Assembly (NCBI GenBank): GCA_965116795.1
Contig: OZ220716.1
Location: forward strand, 1,450,503 to 1,514,502
DNA from: Gammaproteobacteria bacterium
GTDB taxonomy: Bacteria > Pseudomonadota > Gammaproteobacteria > JAJFKG01
Direction of reading: 5' to 3'
DNA: 64,000 bases
The notes beneath the pieces were generated by a model. The model ran no database searches. It had not been told where the DNA came from and worked only from the letters and a program-made list of their open reading frames with translations. Positions 20,263 to 29,397 of this stretch are shown one piece after another. Positions within the stretch are counted from its first letter, which is position 1. Every line of letters begins with the position of its first letter. Both the position numbers and the translations under genes were made by a program.

Positions 20263-20793
20263 ATGACATTGCAAAAGGATTTAGAGCAAGCAGTTGCGCA
20301 AGTGACCCAAGACAGTCAAACGCTACATGAGATTGTGCATGGTGATGAACAGACGGTGGTATCCACCGAAGGGGGTGATGTTAGTTCGCCTGCCAAAGTC
20401 ATCTGTGATATGGAGCAACAGATTCAGCAACAGGTATCTGACTTAAATGTGAACTTGGTGGCACTGAATGATGCCGTCGCCCAAGCAGAGCACTACGCCG
20501 GTGATGCTAAACAGCAAGCACAAGCAGCCGTTACCCTGGTCGGTACGGTGAATCTCCCAGCGGATTTGACTGGGGGTGGTGGCAAGCTGCTAGCGGTTAA
20601 TAGCAAAGAGAACGGTTACGTCTTAACGCAATCGAGTAACACCGTATATGGGTTATCTAAAGACGGCGCCAAATTAAAAGTGCATATCAATGAAGCACGT
20701 TGTGATGTGAATGATTTTTTAACGTACTGCATTGCACCGACGGGTATCGTTATTGAAGTCGATAGCCGCGGACACTTATTAGTAACAGTTTAA
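20263..20793 (+). CDS. Tail-associated adaptor protein (hypothetical)
   Basis: IVHGDEQTVVSTEGG..S.AK head-binding-like start, coiled coil; synteny. Confidence 0.55.
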   Translation: MTLQKDLEQAVAQVTQDSQTLHEIVHGDEQTVVSTEGGDVSSPAKVICDMEQQIQQQVSDLNVNLVALNDAVAQAEHYAGDAKQQAQAAVTLVGTVNLPADLTGGGGKLLAVNSKENGYVLTQSSNTVYGLSKDGAKLKVHINEARCDVNDFLTYCIAPTGIVIEVDSRGHLLVTV

Positions 20794-20809
20794 TTGATGC
20801 GAGGTCAGC

Positions 20810-22474
20810 ATGACTATTTTAGATTTAGGCAACATCCGCATGAATTGGTGCGGCGTATATAACAATGACGTTACTTACGTGCGTGATGATGTTGTTTCTT
20901 ATCATGGCTCAAGCTTCATTGCGAAACGTGATGCGGCTGGGGTTACTCCTACCGTTGGCGATGATTGGGATATGTTAGCGGCGGGTACGCATCAACTGAT
21001 TGAGCAAGGTGACTTGTTAACCCATGATGGCAATGCCACGATACGGCTACCCTGTGGCAACCCAGGCCAAGTGCTACAAGCCGCTGATAACCAACAACCG
21101 CAATGGCGTGATGTGGGATTGCCTCCTTCACAAGCGGTGTGGAAATTATCCGAGATTAATGGCTTAGGCGGCTGGTATACGCGTGTCTATCTCATGCGTG
21201 ATGGCACGATTAAAGCGTGTGGTTTGGGGAGTAATCATGCAAATGGTGACCCTGTTGCGAAACACACCTACTTACCCAGTCGAATCACCACCTTAAATAA
21301 TGAGGTTCGCTTTGTCGCGGGGTATTCAGGGGGTCAGCAACACTATGCGCTAACCCAAGAGGGCGATGTGTGGTCATGGGGGTTTAATAACTATGGTCAG
21401 TTAGGCCACGGCGATACCGCCAGTCGGGCGGTTGCGCAGCGCATTGACTTTTTCTTCGACAATGACATCCAGATTAAACACATTGTCACCGGTCGGCCTA
21501 ACTACTATGACTACGGGTGTGCATTTTTCTTAACAACGCAAGGCGAAGTTTATGCATGCGGGTATAACAGTAATGGTAGTTTGGGTAATGGTACCAATGC
21601 ACATCAATACACGCCAGTACGTTGCGGGGCATTGACTAACATTGTGAGTTTAGCGGTATCGGGTCAAGCGTACAGTGTCTATGCCATCGATGAAGAAAAA
21701 CAATTGTGGGTGTGGGGGTGGAATGGCACGGGTCAGTTAGGATTAGGTGATATCACTGAGCGTCGCAGCCCTATCTTGCATCCCAGCTTGCATAACGTCA
21801 CCAAAGCGGTGATTACCTGCGGTTATCAGACAGATGGCAAAATTGCTGTGGGTAATGGGTTAGTGTTATTAGACGATGGCACCCTGTGGTCAACGGGTTA
21901 CAACGGTTATGGCCAGTTAGGGCATGGCGATACGACAACCCGCAACAGTTTCTCGCAAATCCAACATACAGCCACGTTTGTGGATATAGCTGCCGGCGAT
22001 GGGCGATATCCCAGCTCAGCGGCTATCACCGATAAACGTGAGTTGTATCTGTGGGGATATAACGGTTACGGACAATTAGGCACAGGCAATACGTCGCATC
22101 AACATGCACCGACTAAACCGAGCACGGATTTCCAAGGCAACGTCGATAAAGTGTGTTTTGGTGGTGGCACGAGTTATGAAGGCTGCATTGTTCAAGCAGG
22201 CAATGTGTTATGGGCAGCTGGGTACAGTAACCGTGGCAACTTAGGGATTAGCTCCGTATCTAATGTCAACAATCGATTTGCTCAAGTGTTGGGGTTATCT
22301 GGTGAGATTGAAGACTGGGGGTGCTTCGGACAAGGTCAGGCAGATTGGGGGTTGGGGGTGCTCTACACCGATGGGCGTGTGGATGCATGCGGGCACAATA
22401 CGAGTTACGGTGCAACCGGCACTCAGAGTGGCAACTTGCACAATGTGATTGTCCTCAAGAATGTGATTTTTTAA
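20810..22474 (+). CDS. Tail fibre/receptor-binding protein with RCC1/BLIP-II repeats
   Basis: Repeated WG.N.YGQLG.G units; N-terminal Y..DDVVSY.GSSF module. Confidence 0.8.
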   Translation: MTILDLGNIRMNWCGVYNNDVTYVRDDVVSYHGSSFIAKRDAAGVTPTVGDDWDMLAAGTHQLIEQGDLLTHDGNATIRLPCGNPGQVLQAADNQQPQWRDVGLPPSQAVWKLSEINGLGGWYTRVYLMRDGTIKACGLGSNHANGDPVAKHTYLPSRITTLNNEVRFVAGYSGGQQHYALTQEGDVWSWGFNNYGQLGHGDTASRAVAQRIDFFFDNDIQIKHIVTGRPNYYDYGCAFFLTTQGEVYACGYNSNGSLGNGTNAHQYTPVRCGALTNIVSLAVSGQAYSVYAIDEEKQLWVWGWNGTGQLGLGDITERRSPILHPSLHNVTKAVITCGYQTDGKIAVGNGLVLLDDGTLWSTGYNGYGQLGHGDTTTRNSFSQIQHTATFVDIAAGDGRYPSSAAITDKRELYLWGYNGYGQLGTGNTSHQHAPTKPSTDFQGNVDKVCFGGGTSYEGCIVQAGNVLWAAGYSNRGNLGISSVSNVNNRFAQVLGLSGEIEDWGCFGQGQADWGLGVLYTDGRVDACGHNTSYGATGTQSGNLHNVIVLKNVIF

Positions 22475-22479
22475 CAAGG

Positions 22480-22986
22480 ATGAATGAAACAATGACAAGT
22501 AGAATTAAATCGTATTTACACAATCGGCAACCGCAGTTTACAGAAAGCACGGTACCACCGATTTGTTTAGGAGACATCAATGGACGCGTATATTATGTGT
22601 TTACTCATGGAACAAAAATACCATCAGGTGGCAAAACTGTAACGAAGAATGAGCATCACGCTCTGCAAGAAAATAGCATGCTTATCAAACAAGTCAAAGC
22701 TGAAGCGATGCGACGCATCTTAAACGTTGCACCGTACTGGAAACAAAATAATGCGTTATCGGATTTATGTTTATTGAATAACAAAACTGATTTAACCGAT
22801 GAAGAAACATTACGTTTGGGTAATGCTAAGCAATTATGGACAACGATTCAGCATTTGCGTAAACGTTCTGATGACATTGAGGCAGGCTTATTGCAAGGAG
22901 ACGCTGTTGATTATATGCATGATTCAGCTTGGGAAGAACAAACGCAAGAGAAAGCAGAAGCACAACAAACCCAAGCGACAACGTAA
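22480..22986 (+). CDS. Tail fibre assembly chaperone-like protein
   Basis: EAMRRIL...P.WKQ.N...W..I..LR..SDDIE pattern; follows the fibre gene. Confidence 0.6.
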   Translation: MNETMTSRIKSYLHNRQPQFTESTVPPICLGDINGRVYYVFTHGTKIPSGGKTVTKNEHHALQENSMLIKQVKAEAMRRILNVAPYWKQNNALSDLCLLNNKTDLTDEETLRLGNAKQLWTTIQHLRKRSDDIEAGLLQGDAVDYMHDSAWEEQTQEKAEAQQTQATT

Positions 22987-22988
22987 GT

Positions 22989-23531
22989 ATGCCAGACCCA
23001 ACCCTCAGTCAAGCTATCCAAGAAGCCTATGCCTCATCGCCCAGTGATGTCGTGATATTACATACATTAGAATTGCGTCATCCCAAATTTGTCGATGACG
23101 AGGGTAATGTTATGGCAGTGAGGTTAGTGCGTGATTATCAAAACTTGCAAGCGAAGTTGGAAGAGAGTGCACCATTGAATGCTAGTGAAGTCGTTACATT
23201 CATTGCGATGAGTTTTGATTTAAGTTTACCGACTGTGGATACGGCACCAGTACCGGAAATTACGGTGACGATTGACAATGTTAGCTGTCAATTGATGAAG
23301 CACTTGGATGCCGCAGTCGACAGTGGCGATAAAATTGAGGTGACGTACCGGCCGTATTTAAGCAACGATACATCGACTCCACATATGGTGCCGCCGATTA
23401 CATTAGCGTTATGTGATGTTGAAGCCGACGTTATGCGTATTGTGGGACGTGCCAGAATGCTCGATATTGGTAATAAACGGTTTCCAGCCGATAGCTATAC
23501 TATTAAACGTTTTCCTGGATTGGCACGGTAA
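22989..23531 (+). CDS. DUF1833 minor tail protein
   Basis: EAYAS...TLELRHP, IDNV, YRPYLS, RFPGL. Confidence 0.85.
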   Translation: MPDPTLSQAIQEAYASSPSDVVILHTLELRHPKFVDDEGNVMAVRLVRDYQNLQAKLEESAPLNASEVVTFIAMSFDLSLPTVDTAPVPEITVTIDNVSCQLMKHLDAAVDSGDKIEVTYRPYLSNDTSTPHMVPPITLALCDVEADVMRIVGRARMLDIGNKRFPADSYTIKRFPGLAR

Positions 23532-23592
23532 CGTATCAATCAACCCTTTCTTTGAATTCTTATTCTTTAATCAAAAAAACAGAGTAACCCCT

Positions 23593-24009
23593 ATGTCGCA
23601 TTGGGCGTGTCAGTATATTGGTTTGCCTTGGCAATCAGGTGGCAGGTGTTTATCAGGTTTTGACTGCTGGGGCTTAGTAAAGCATATACAGCAACATCAC
23701 TTCAATCGCACATTGCCTGACATTCCAGTCGATGCGGTTAACTTAACACAGGTGGCTAAAGCGTTTAAGCAACATCCTGAGAAGCAACGTTGGCAATTAA
23801 CTGAAAATCCTACTGAAGGCGATGCCGTATTATTACGTCAATCACGTTATCCGATTCACGTTGGGATATGGATTGCTATTAATCCAACTGAACAAGGCGT
23901 ACTGCATTGTGTGCAAAAGAGTGGCGTTGTATTTCAAACGATTAACAGTTTGCAGGTATCAGGTTGGCAAATTGAAGGCTGTTATCAATTTCAAGGTGAT
24001 TCACTGTAA
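23593..24009 (+). CDS. NlpC/P60 tail-associated peptidase
   Basis: YIGLPW..GGR...GFDCWGL, HVGI, VLH. Confidence 0.88.
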   Translation: MSHWACQYIGLPWQSGGRCLSGFDCWGLVKHIQQHHFNRTLPDIPVDAVNLTQVAKAFKQHPEKQRWQLTENPTEGDAVLLRQSRYPIHVGIWIAINPTEQGVLHCVQKSGVVFQTINSLQVSGWQIEGCYQFQGDSL

Positions 24010-24280
24010 TGGCACAAATTATCGTTCTGCATAACCCTTTTTTGTGTGAGCGTGGGCGAGATGTGATTACTGTTGATCATCCTATTACCATTGCAACGTG
24101 GTTAACGCAGACTAATGTTGTCACATTTGAATTGCCAACAATTTGTTTGATCAATGGCCATGCCGTGTTACGTCAAGATTGGCAAACGACAATGATGCAA
24201 GCCAATGATGTTGTGACTTTCATCACGTTACCACAAGGGGGCGGTGGTGGCGGCAGTAAAATCTTACGCTCTGTATTAAT
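24009..24280 (+). pseudogene. 5' part of tail-tip/host-specificity protein (gpI/gpJ-like), cut by IS110
   Basis: ...LPQGGGGGSKILRSVL joins in frame to MIAVMVAAP at 25748 when 24281-25749 is removed. Confidence 0.85.
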
Positions 24281-24420
24281 CAACTATGGTTTTCAAATGT
24301 TTAAAAATTTTTCTTTTAGCGAAGAAATATACAAATATGGCTAGGTACAGCACATGGCTATAAGCAAAGATAAAGAAAAAAGTAGATACTAAGACGCCTT
24401 ACAAAGCACAAATGAATATA

Positions 24421-24510
24421 GGTTAAGCGTGGTTATTGTCAAGGGTGGCTTCACTAACAGTGGTGCATTCAGCATTGCACTGCAACCCTTGACAATAACC
24501 ACGCTTAACC
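24421..24510. repeat. Perfect 26-bp inverted repeat in the IS110 3' non-coding end
   Basis: GGTTAAGCGTGGTTATTGTCAAGGGT (24421-24446) / ACCCTTGACAATAACCACGCTTAACC (24485-24510). Confidence 0.9.
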
Positions 24511-24572
24511 CAAAATGTCATCATGCCTTGTAAGGCTCGTTCTGTGCTACATCTTGCGATTAAAGTATTATT

Positions 24573-25532
24573 TTAAGTAATTGTAGCGTTTGCATTTACT
24601 TGGCCTGTTTCAATAAAATGATCGCGCATTCTTGCATTCGCTATCACAATAATTTTTCGCATTAATGCCACTAACGCTACCATCTTTCTTTTACCAGACT
24701 CAACTAAACGTCTATAAAAATCGCCTAATGCTCCTTTACTTTTAGCTGCAGCCATTGCTGCAATAAACAATATCCGTTTCACTTCTTCTCGACCACCTCG
24801 AGTAAATCGATAACCTTGCTTAGTGCCGCTATCGTTAGGATGAGGGGCTACACCGGCTAAGGAGGCGATTTGTTTTCGATTTGCCTGACCCAATTCCGGC
24901 ATAAAAGCCAACAATGTTGAAGCAACTACTTCACCAACACCGGGTATCGTTTGCAAAATCTTTTTTGTTTCAAGCAATGAGTTGTCTTGCTCATAGATCA
25001 GATTGATTTTCTTTTCGATTTGCTTAATTTCCTCGGTAAAATACGCTATCATCCTGTCGATGCTCTCTGTAAGAATTTCTTGTTCTGGTGATTGCAAACG
25101 ATTCTTTTCTTGCACTAACATTTTGGTTAACTCATTACGGCGCAGAAGTAGTTTTTGCAGTATTTTATTTGCTGGTTCTTTGTATACCTCTAAATCAGCA
25201 TGACGCTCATAACCGTACTTAGCTAAACCTAATGCATCAATCGTGTCTGTTTTACCCAGTTGGCCAAACGAACGAATAAAGTGTTTTACTTTGCGTGTAT
25301 TAGCTCGATGTACAGCATAGCCTTTTTCTTGCAATGCGCGAATCAACGCTAATTCGTGTCCACCTGTCGTTTCTAACACTATCAGTGCTGAGGATAGCTT
25401 ACTTGCCCATTCCTCAAGATAACGTGCGATACCGACAGCGTTATTCTCATAAACGCTGACTTCTTTTTCCCCATGGATGGCACTGTAAAACTCATACTTA
25501 CCAATATCAATTCCTATAAATTTCTGATACAT
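24573..25532 (-). CDS. IS110-family recombinase
   Basis: IGIDIG, LETTG, KTDTIDA (DEDD); IPGVG, DSG, GGR. Confidence 0.95.
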   Translation of the reverse strand: MYQKFIGIDIGKYEFYSAIHGEKEVSVYENNAVGIARYLEEWASKLSSALIVLETTGGHELALIRALQEKGYAVHRANTRKVKHFIRSFGQLGKTDTIDALGLAKYGYERHADLEVYKEPANKILQKLLLRRNELTKMLVQEKNRLQSPEQEILTESIDRMIAYFTEEIKQIEKKINLIYEQDNSLLETKKILQTIPGVGEVVASTLLAFMPELGQANRKQIASLAGVAPHPNDSGTKQGYRFTRGGREEVKRILFIAAMAAAKSKGALGDFYRRLVESGKRKMVALVALMRKIIVIANARMRDHFIETGQVNANATIT

Positions 25533-25554
25533 TACATATTCCCTCGTGCGTTTA

Positions 25555-25715
25555 ATGTTTGTTTAGGATTGTAAACGGGCGTTTAGCCCTTTCAACTATT
25601 CAAACGTATCGAGGTCGATCTAGGGTACCCAGATTAACACGGTTGTTAAGACCTATGATTGCACGGTCGCCCACGATCGCGCAGCTAGGTTAATTCAGCT
25701 TAGCGGCTCACCTCT
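25555..25715 (-). ncRNA. Predicted IS110 bridge RNA (boundaries approximate)
   Basis: Two internal loops whose segments match the reconstructed target and donor junctions (see findings). Confidence 0.8.
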
Positions 25716-25747
25716 TAAAGTGAATATTAACAAAATTTCAACTTACA

Positions 25748-27739
25748 ATGATTGCGGTGATGGTGGCCGCCCCTGCGATTGGGGGCGCCGTTGCGGCAGG
25801 GCTTGGCATTACCAGTAGCATTGGTGTTGGCTTAGTCACTGCCGGTGTGGCTTTAGCCGGTACCGCGTTAGTGAATGTATTAGTACCACCGCCGATGGCT
25901 TCTATCCATGGATTTGATAATACACCGGCACCCAGTCCGACGTATTCACTGCAAGCCAGAGGCAATCAAGCCAGACTCAGTCAACCCATACCTGTCATTT
26001 ACGGCAGGCACATTGTCTATCCTGATTTGGCCAGCACACCGTATTCCCATTATGCCAACAATGAACAATATCTCTATCAGCTACATTGCATTGGTCAGGG
26101 GGAATATGAGATTGAGTCCATTCGTATTGAAGATACAACTATTAGCTCCTTTCAAGAAATCACTTATGAAGTAGTGCCACCTGGTAGCAATGTGACGTTA
26201 TTTTCAGCAAATGTCATCACCGCACCCGAAATCGCGGGCCAAGAGTTGTTATCAACCAATGATGGAGGTGGTTACGTTGGTGGCTTTGTGGTGAATCCCG
26301 CGGATACGGTTGCAACAGAGTTGAGTATCGATATCATCATGCCACGTGGCCTTTACTATGCCAATGACAGTGGCGGCCTAGATGCACGCACCCTAACGTG
26401 GATAATTGAGGCAAGACAAATTAATGATGAAGGTAACCCATTACAGGATTGGCAACGCTTAGGCAGTGAAACGCTTACAGCAGCGACCAATACCCCACAA
26501 CGGTTAACCTGTCATTACACTGTGCTACCCGGGCGTTATGAAGTCAGAGCGCTTAGAACCAACAACAAAGATACGTCAGCACGCAGTGGCAATGAATTAC
26601 GTTGGGCAGGATTGAAAGCCACGCTTAATCAATCTACTGACATGGGTAACGTCACCTTGCTTGCCATTAAAATGCGTGCTACCGATAACTTATCACAACG
26701 TGCATCGCGATTAGTTAACTGCATTGTTACGCGTAAATTACCAACGTGGAATAACCAAACGGGTTGGAGTGCACCAAAAGCCACTCGCTCGATTGCCTGG
26801 AGCTTAGCCGATATTGCCAAAAATGAATACGGCGGTAACTTGCCAGACAGTCGCATTGATTTACAAGCGCTAGCTAACTTAGATGCGATATGGCAACAAC
26901 GTAACGATTGTGTTGATGTGGTCTTTGACCAACCGATTACAGTGTGGGAGGCCATGATACGTGTTGCCCGTTGTGGGCGCGCAGTGTGTTTTATGCAAAC
27001 AGGGATTGTCAGATTTGTTAGAGACGAACCCAGAGAAATTCCAGCAGCACTCTTCTCACCACGTAATATTGTTAAACACAGTTTAAAAATCCACTACTTA
27101 CTTGCAAGTGATGATACCGCTGACAGCGTGATTGTCGAATATTTTTGTAATCAAACTTGGCGACCCGATGAAGTCGAAGTCAGTTTGCCTAATAGTACCA
27201 GTGAACAGCCGGCGCGGGTGAGATTATTTGGCTGTACCGATAAAGAGCAAGCCATACGTGAGGGCAAGTATATGGCAGCGACGAATCATTATCGCAGACG
27301 GCTAGTCACCTTTCAAACAGAATTAGAGGGACTAATCCCAACCTATGGCGATTTAATTGCCATTACACACGACATGCCATCTTGGGGTCAAGGCGCTGAA
27401 GTTGTTAGCGTTGAAGGTAACATACTTATGTTATCGGAGCCACTGGCCTGGGATGAGAATAAATTGAATGAGCACGTCATTGGCCTGCGCAAGCAAGATG
27501 GCAGTGTCAGTGGAACATATCAAGTGCTGCCAGGTAATAATGCGAATCAAGTTATTATTCAAGGTGAATTTAATTTTCAACCCTACACCGGTGAATCACA
27601 AGAGCGCACTCATGTCGCGTTTGGTGTCGGTAATGCGTGGAGCACATTGGCTCGCGTTACTGCTGTACGTCCTAGGGGCGATGTCATTGAAATCAGCGCG
27701 GTTACGGAACATCCAGCCGTGCATACGGCTGACGCATAA
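25748..27739 (+). CDS. Host-specificity/central tail-tip protein (TipJ-like), 3' part
   Basis: NQARL.QPIPVIYG, YL.QLHCIG.G, TRSIAW, RRRLVTF.TELEG. Confidence 0.88.
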   Translation: MIAVMVAAPAIGGAVAAGLGITSSIGVGLVTAGVALAGTALVNVLVPPPMASIHGFDNTPAPSPTYSLQARGNQARLSQPIPVIYGRHIVYPDLASTPYSHYANNEQYLYQLHCIGQGEYEIESIRIEDTTISSFQEITYEVVPPGSNVTLFSANVITAPEIAGQELLSTNDGGGYVGGFVVNPADTVATELSIDIIMPRGLYYANDSGGLDARTLTWIIEARQINDEGNPLQDWQRLGSETLTAATNTPQRLTCHYTVLPGRYEVRALRTNNKDTSARSGNELRWAGLKATLNQSTDMGNVTLLAIKMRATDNLSQRASRLVNCIVTRKLPTWNNQTGWSAPKATRSIAWSLADIAKNEYGGNLPDSRIDLQALANLDAIWQQRNDCVDVVFDQPITVWEAMIRVARCGRAVCFMQTGIVRFVRDEPREIPAALFSPRNIVKHSLKIHYLLASDDTADSVIVEYFCNQTWRPDEVEVSLPNSTSEQPARVRLFGCTDKEQAIREGKYMAATNHYRRRLVTFQTELEGLIPTYGDLIAITHDMPSWGQGAEVVSVEGNILMLSEPLAWDENKLNEHVIGLRKQDGSVSGTYQVLPGNNANQVIIQGEFNFQPYTGESQERTHVAFGVGNAWSTLARVTAVRPRGDVIEISAVTEHPAVHTADA

Positions 27740-27791
27740 CATTCAATTCATTTATTTTTTCATTTAACTTTGCAACAGAGAGGAAATCACT

Positions 27792-28094
27792 ATGGCAACC
27801 GACAATATTAAATCATCTAATGAAGGTATCAAATTAACACAAGCCGAACTCGATGAATTAATTGAACAAGCGTCTACCCGTGGCGCACGCAAAGCACTGA
27901 TGGAGATGGGCTTGCTTGATGATACGGTTAATGACTTGCGCACGCTAAGAGGGTTAGCTAAGACCATTAAAACGATGCAGCACACCTTTGTGCAAACGAT
28001 GGTGCGTTGGTTAACCATTGGCATGTTGGTGCTGTTTTTCGCTGGGATTTCTGGGAAGTTGGATTCATTGTTCCATTTAAACAATAGCAAATAA
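27792..28094 (+). CDS. Small phage membrane protein (lysis cassette)
   Basis: ELDELIEQA..RGARKAL..MGL; C-terminal TM segment. Confidence 0.6.
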   Translation: MATDNIKSSNEGIKLTQAELDELIEQASTRGARKALMEMGLLDDTVNDLRTLRGLAKTIKTMQHTFVQTMVRWLTIGMLVLFFAGISGKLDSLFHLNNSK

Positions 28095-28101
28095 GGAAAA
28101 A

Positions 28102-28569
28102 ATGATGTTAACGTTATTGGCTACATTACTTGGATTTGTATCTTCTGCTTTCCCAGATGTATTAAAGCTGGTTAGAGACAGAGCTGACCGACAACATGAG
28201 CTAGCCATCCTTGATAAACAACTGGAGATGCAACGCCAAGGACACAATCAACGGTTAGCCGAAATCCAAACCCAAGCTGACATGGCTGAAAGCAAAGCAC
28301 TGTATCAACATGCAAGTATTCCAAGTCACGTAAAGTGGGTCGAAGCGCTGCGTGCATCGGTAAGGCCGGTAATTACGTATGCATTTTTCGCTTTGTTTGT
28401 CTTTGTTAAAGTGATGGCATTAACTGCATTACTGCAACAAGGCTTCACAATAACAGACAGTGTCCTCACGATTTGGGATGAAGAGACGCAAGCGTTATTT
28501 GCTGCCGTAATGGCCTTCTGGTTCGGTAGCCGCAATGTCACAAAATCCCGTCAATTGCATCACTTATAA
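28102..28569 (+). CDS. Holin-like membrane protein
   Basis: DRQHELA, LRASVRPVITY, FWFGSR; TM segments. Confidence 0.7.
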   Translation: MMLTLLATLLGFVSSAFPDVLKLVRDRADRQHELAILDKQLEMQRQGHNQRLAEIQTQADMAESKALYQHASIPSHVKWVEALRASVRPVITYAFFALFVFVKVMALTALLQQGFTITDSVLTIWDEETQALFAAVMAFWFGSRNVTKSRQLHHL

Positions 28570-28608
28570 CTGCACGAATAGTTCATTATAAAAGTCTCTC
28601 CTTGAGCT

Positions 28609-28649
28609 TGGCAACAGGCGCCCAATGTTGGCGTTTGTTGCCATTTTTT
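28609..28649 (+). terminator. Intrinsic terminator
   Basis: TGGCAACAGGCGCC / GGCGTTTGTTGCCA hairpin followed by a T run. Confidence 0.7.
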
Positions 28650-28830
28650 ATTTGTTAAGCCCTTATCTCCCATACTCTTCCATGTAACGCCACAACGCCA
28701 ATTATTTTAGCTACATTAATCGCCTACACATCAGCGATAACTGCTGAAAATAACAGTTATTTTAGCTGGCTATACCGCGCAACCAGAGCCTTACTTAGCA
28801 CACCTTGAAAAATAAAGAAGGACTATTGCC

Positions 28831-29130
28831 ATGTCAACTGACATTGAAAATCGCACGCCAGTTATTTTCTATATTAATAACACCCGTTGCAATGATGACG
28901 AGTTGCGACTCTTGCTAACGAACTTTGAAATGACTTTACAGTACGTGGCTAATTTTACAAATACGGTGTTCCGATTTGACTTTAAATGTTCAATGCCAGC
29001 ACACAATTTGTTGTTTTCGTTTAGTTTAGTAATGAAGCGTCATCGCATTGATAGTGCCTGGCAGTGGCATGGCACGTTTAAACACCACAGCGGTTTGAAA
29101 CAATTGCAGGTTATGGGAATTTTGTTGTAA
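28831..29130 (+). CDS. Hypothetical protein coupled to lysozyme
   Basis: AAGGA RBS; TAATG stop-start overlap with lysozyme. Confidence 0.5.
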   Translation: MSTDIENRTPVIFYINNTRCNDDELRLLLTNFEMTLQYVANFTNTVFRFDFKCSMPAHNLLFSFSLVMKRHRIDSAWQWHGTFKHHSGLKQLQVMGILL

Positions 29131-29397
29131 TGCGACACGTTACTCAAACAGGAATTGATTTTATAAAACAGTTTGAGGGCTATTCAGCAACAAGCTACGT
29201 CTGCCCTGCAGGTTATCCTACGATTGGATATGGCCATGCTATCAGAGCCGATGAACATTTTGATGGTGGTATTGATAAACAACAAGCAGAAATATTATTG
29301 TGTCGTGATGTGCAAGTAGTAGAGCGTGCGGTGCTGCGATTGATTGATGTACCATTAACCGATGGGCAATTTGCAGCGCTGGTATCTTTTACGTTTA

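Larger units (their letters stand above)
24281..25749 (-). mobile_element. IS110-family element (1469 bp)
   Basis: AAT is present at both junctions (24278-24280 and 25747-25749). Removal restores GTA TTA ATG ATT. Confidence 0.9.

Noticed and set aside
3994-28541. Numerous short antisense or overlapping ORFs within phage genes
   Set aside because: Shadow frames of well-supported + strand genes.
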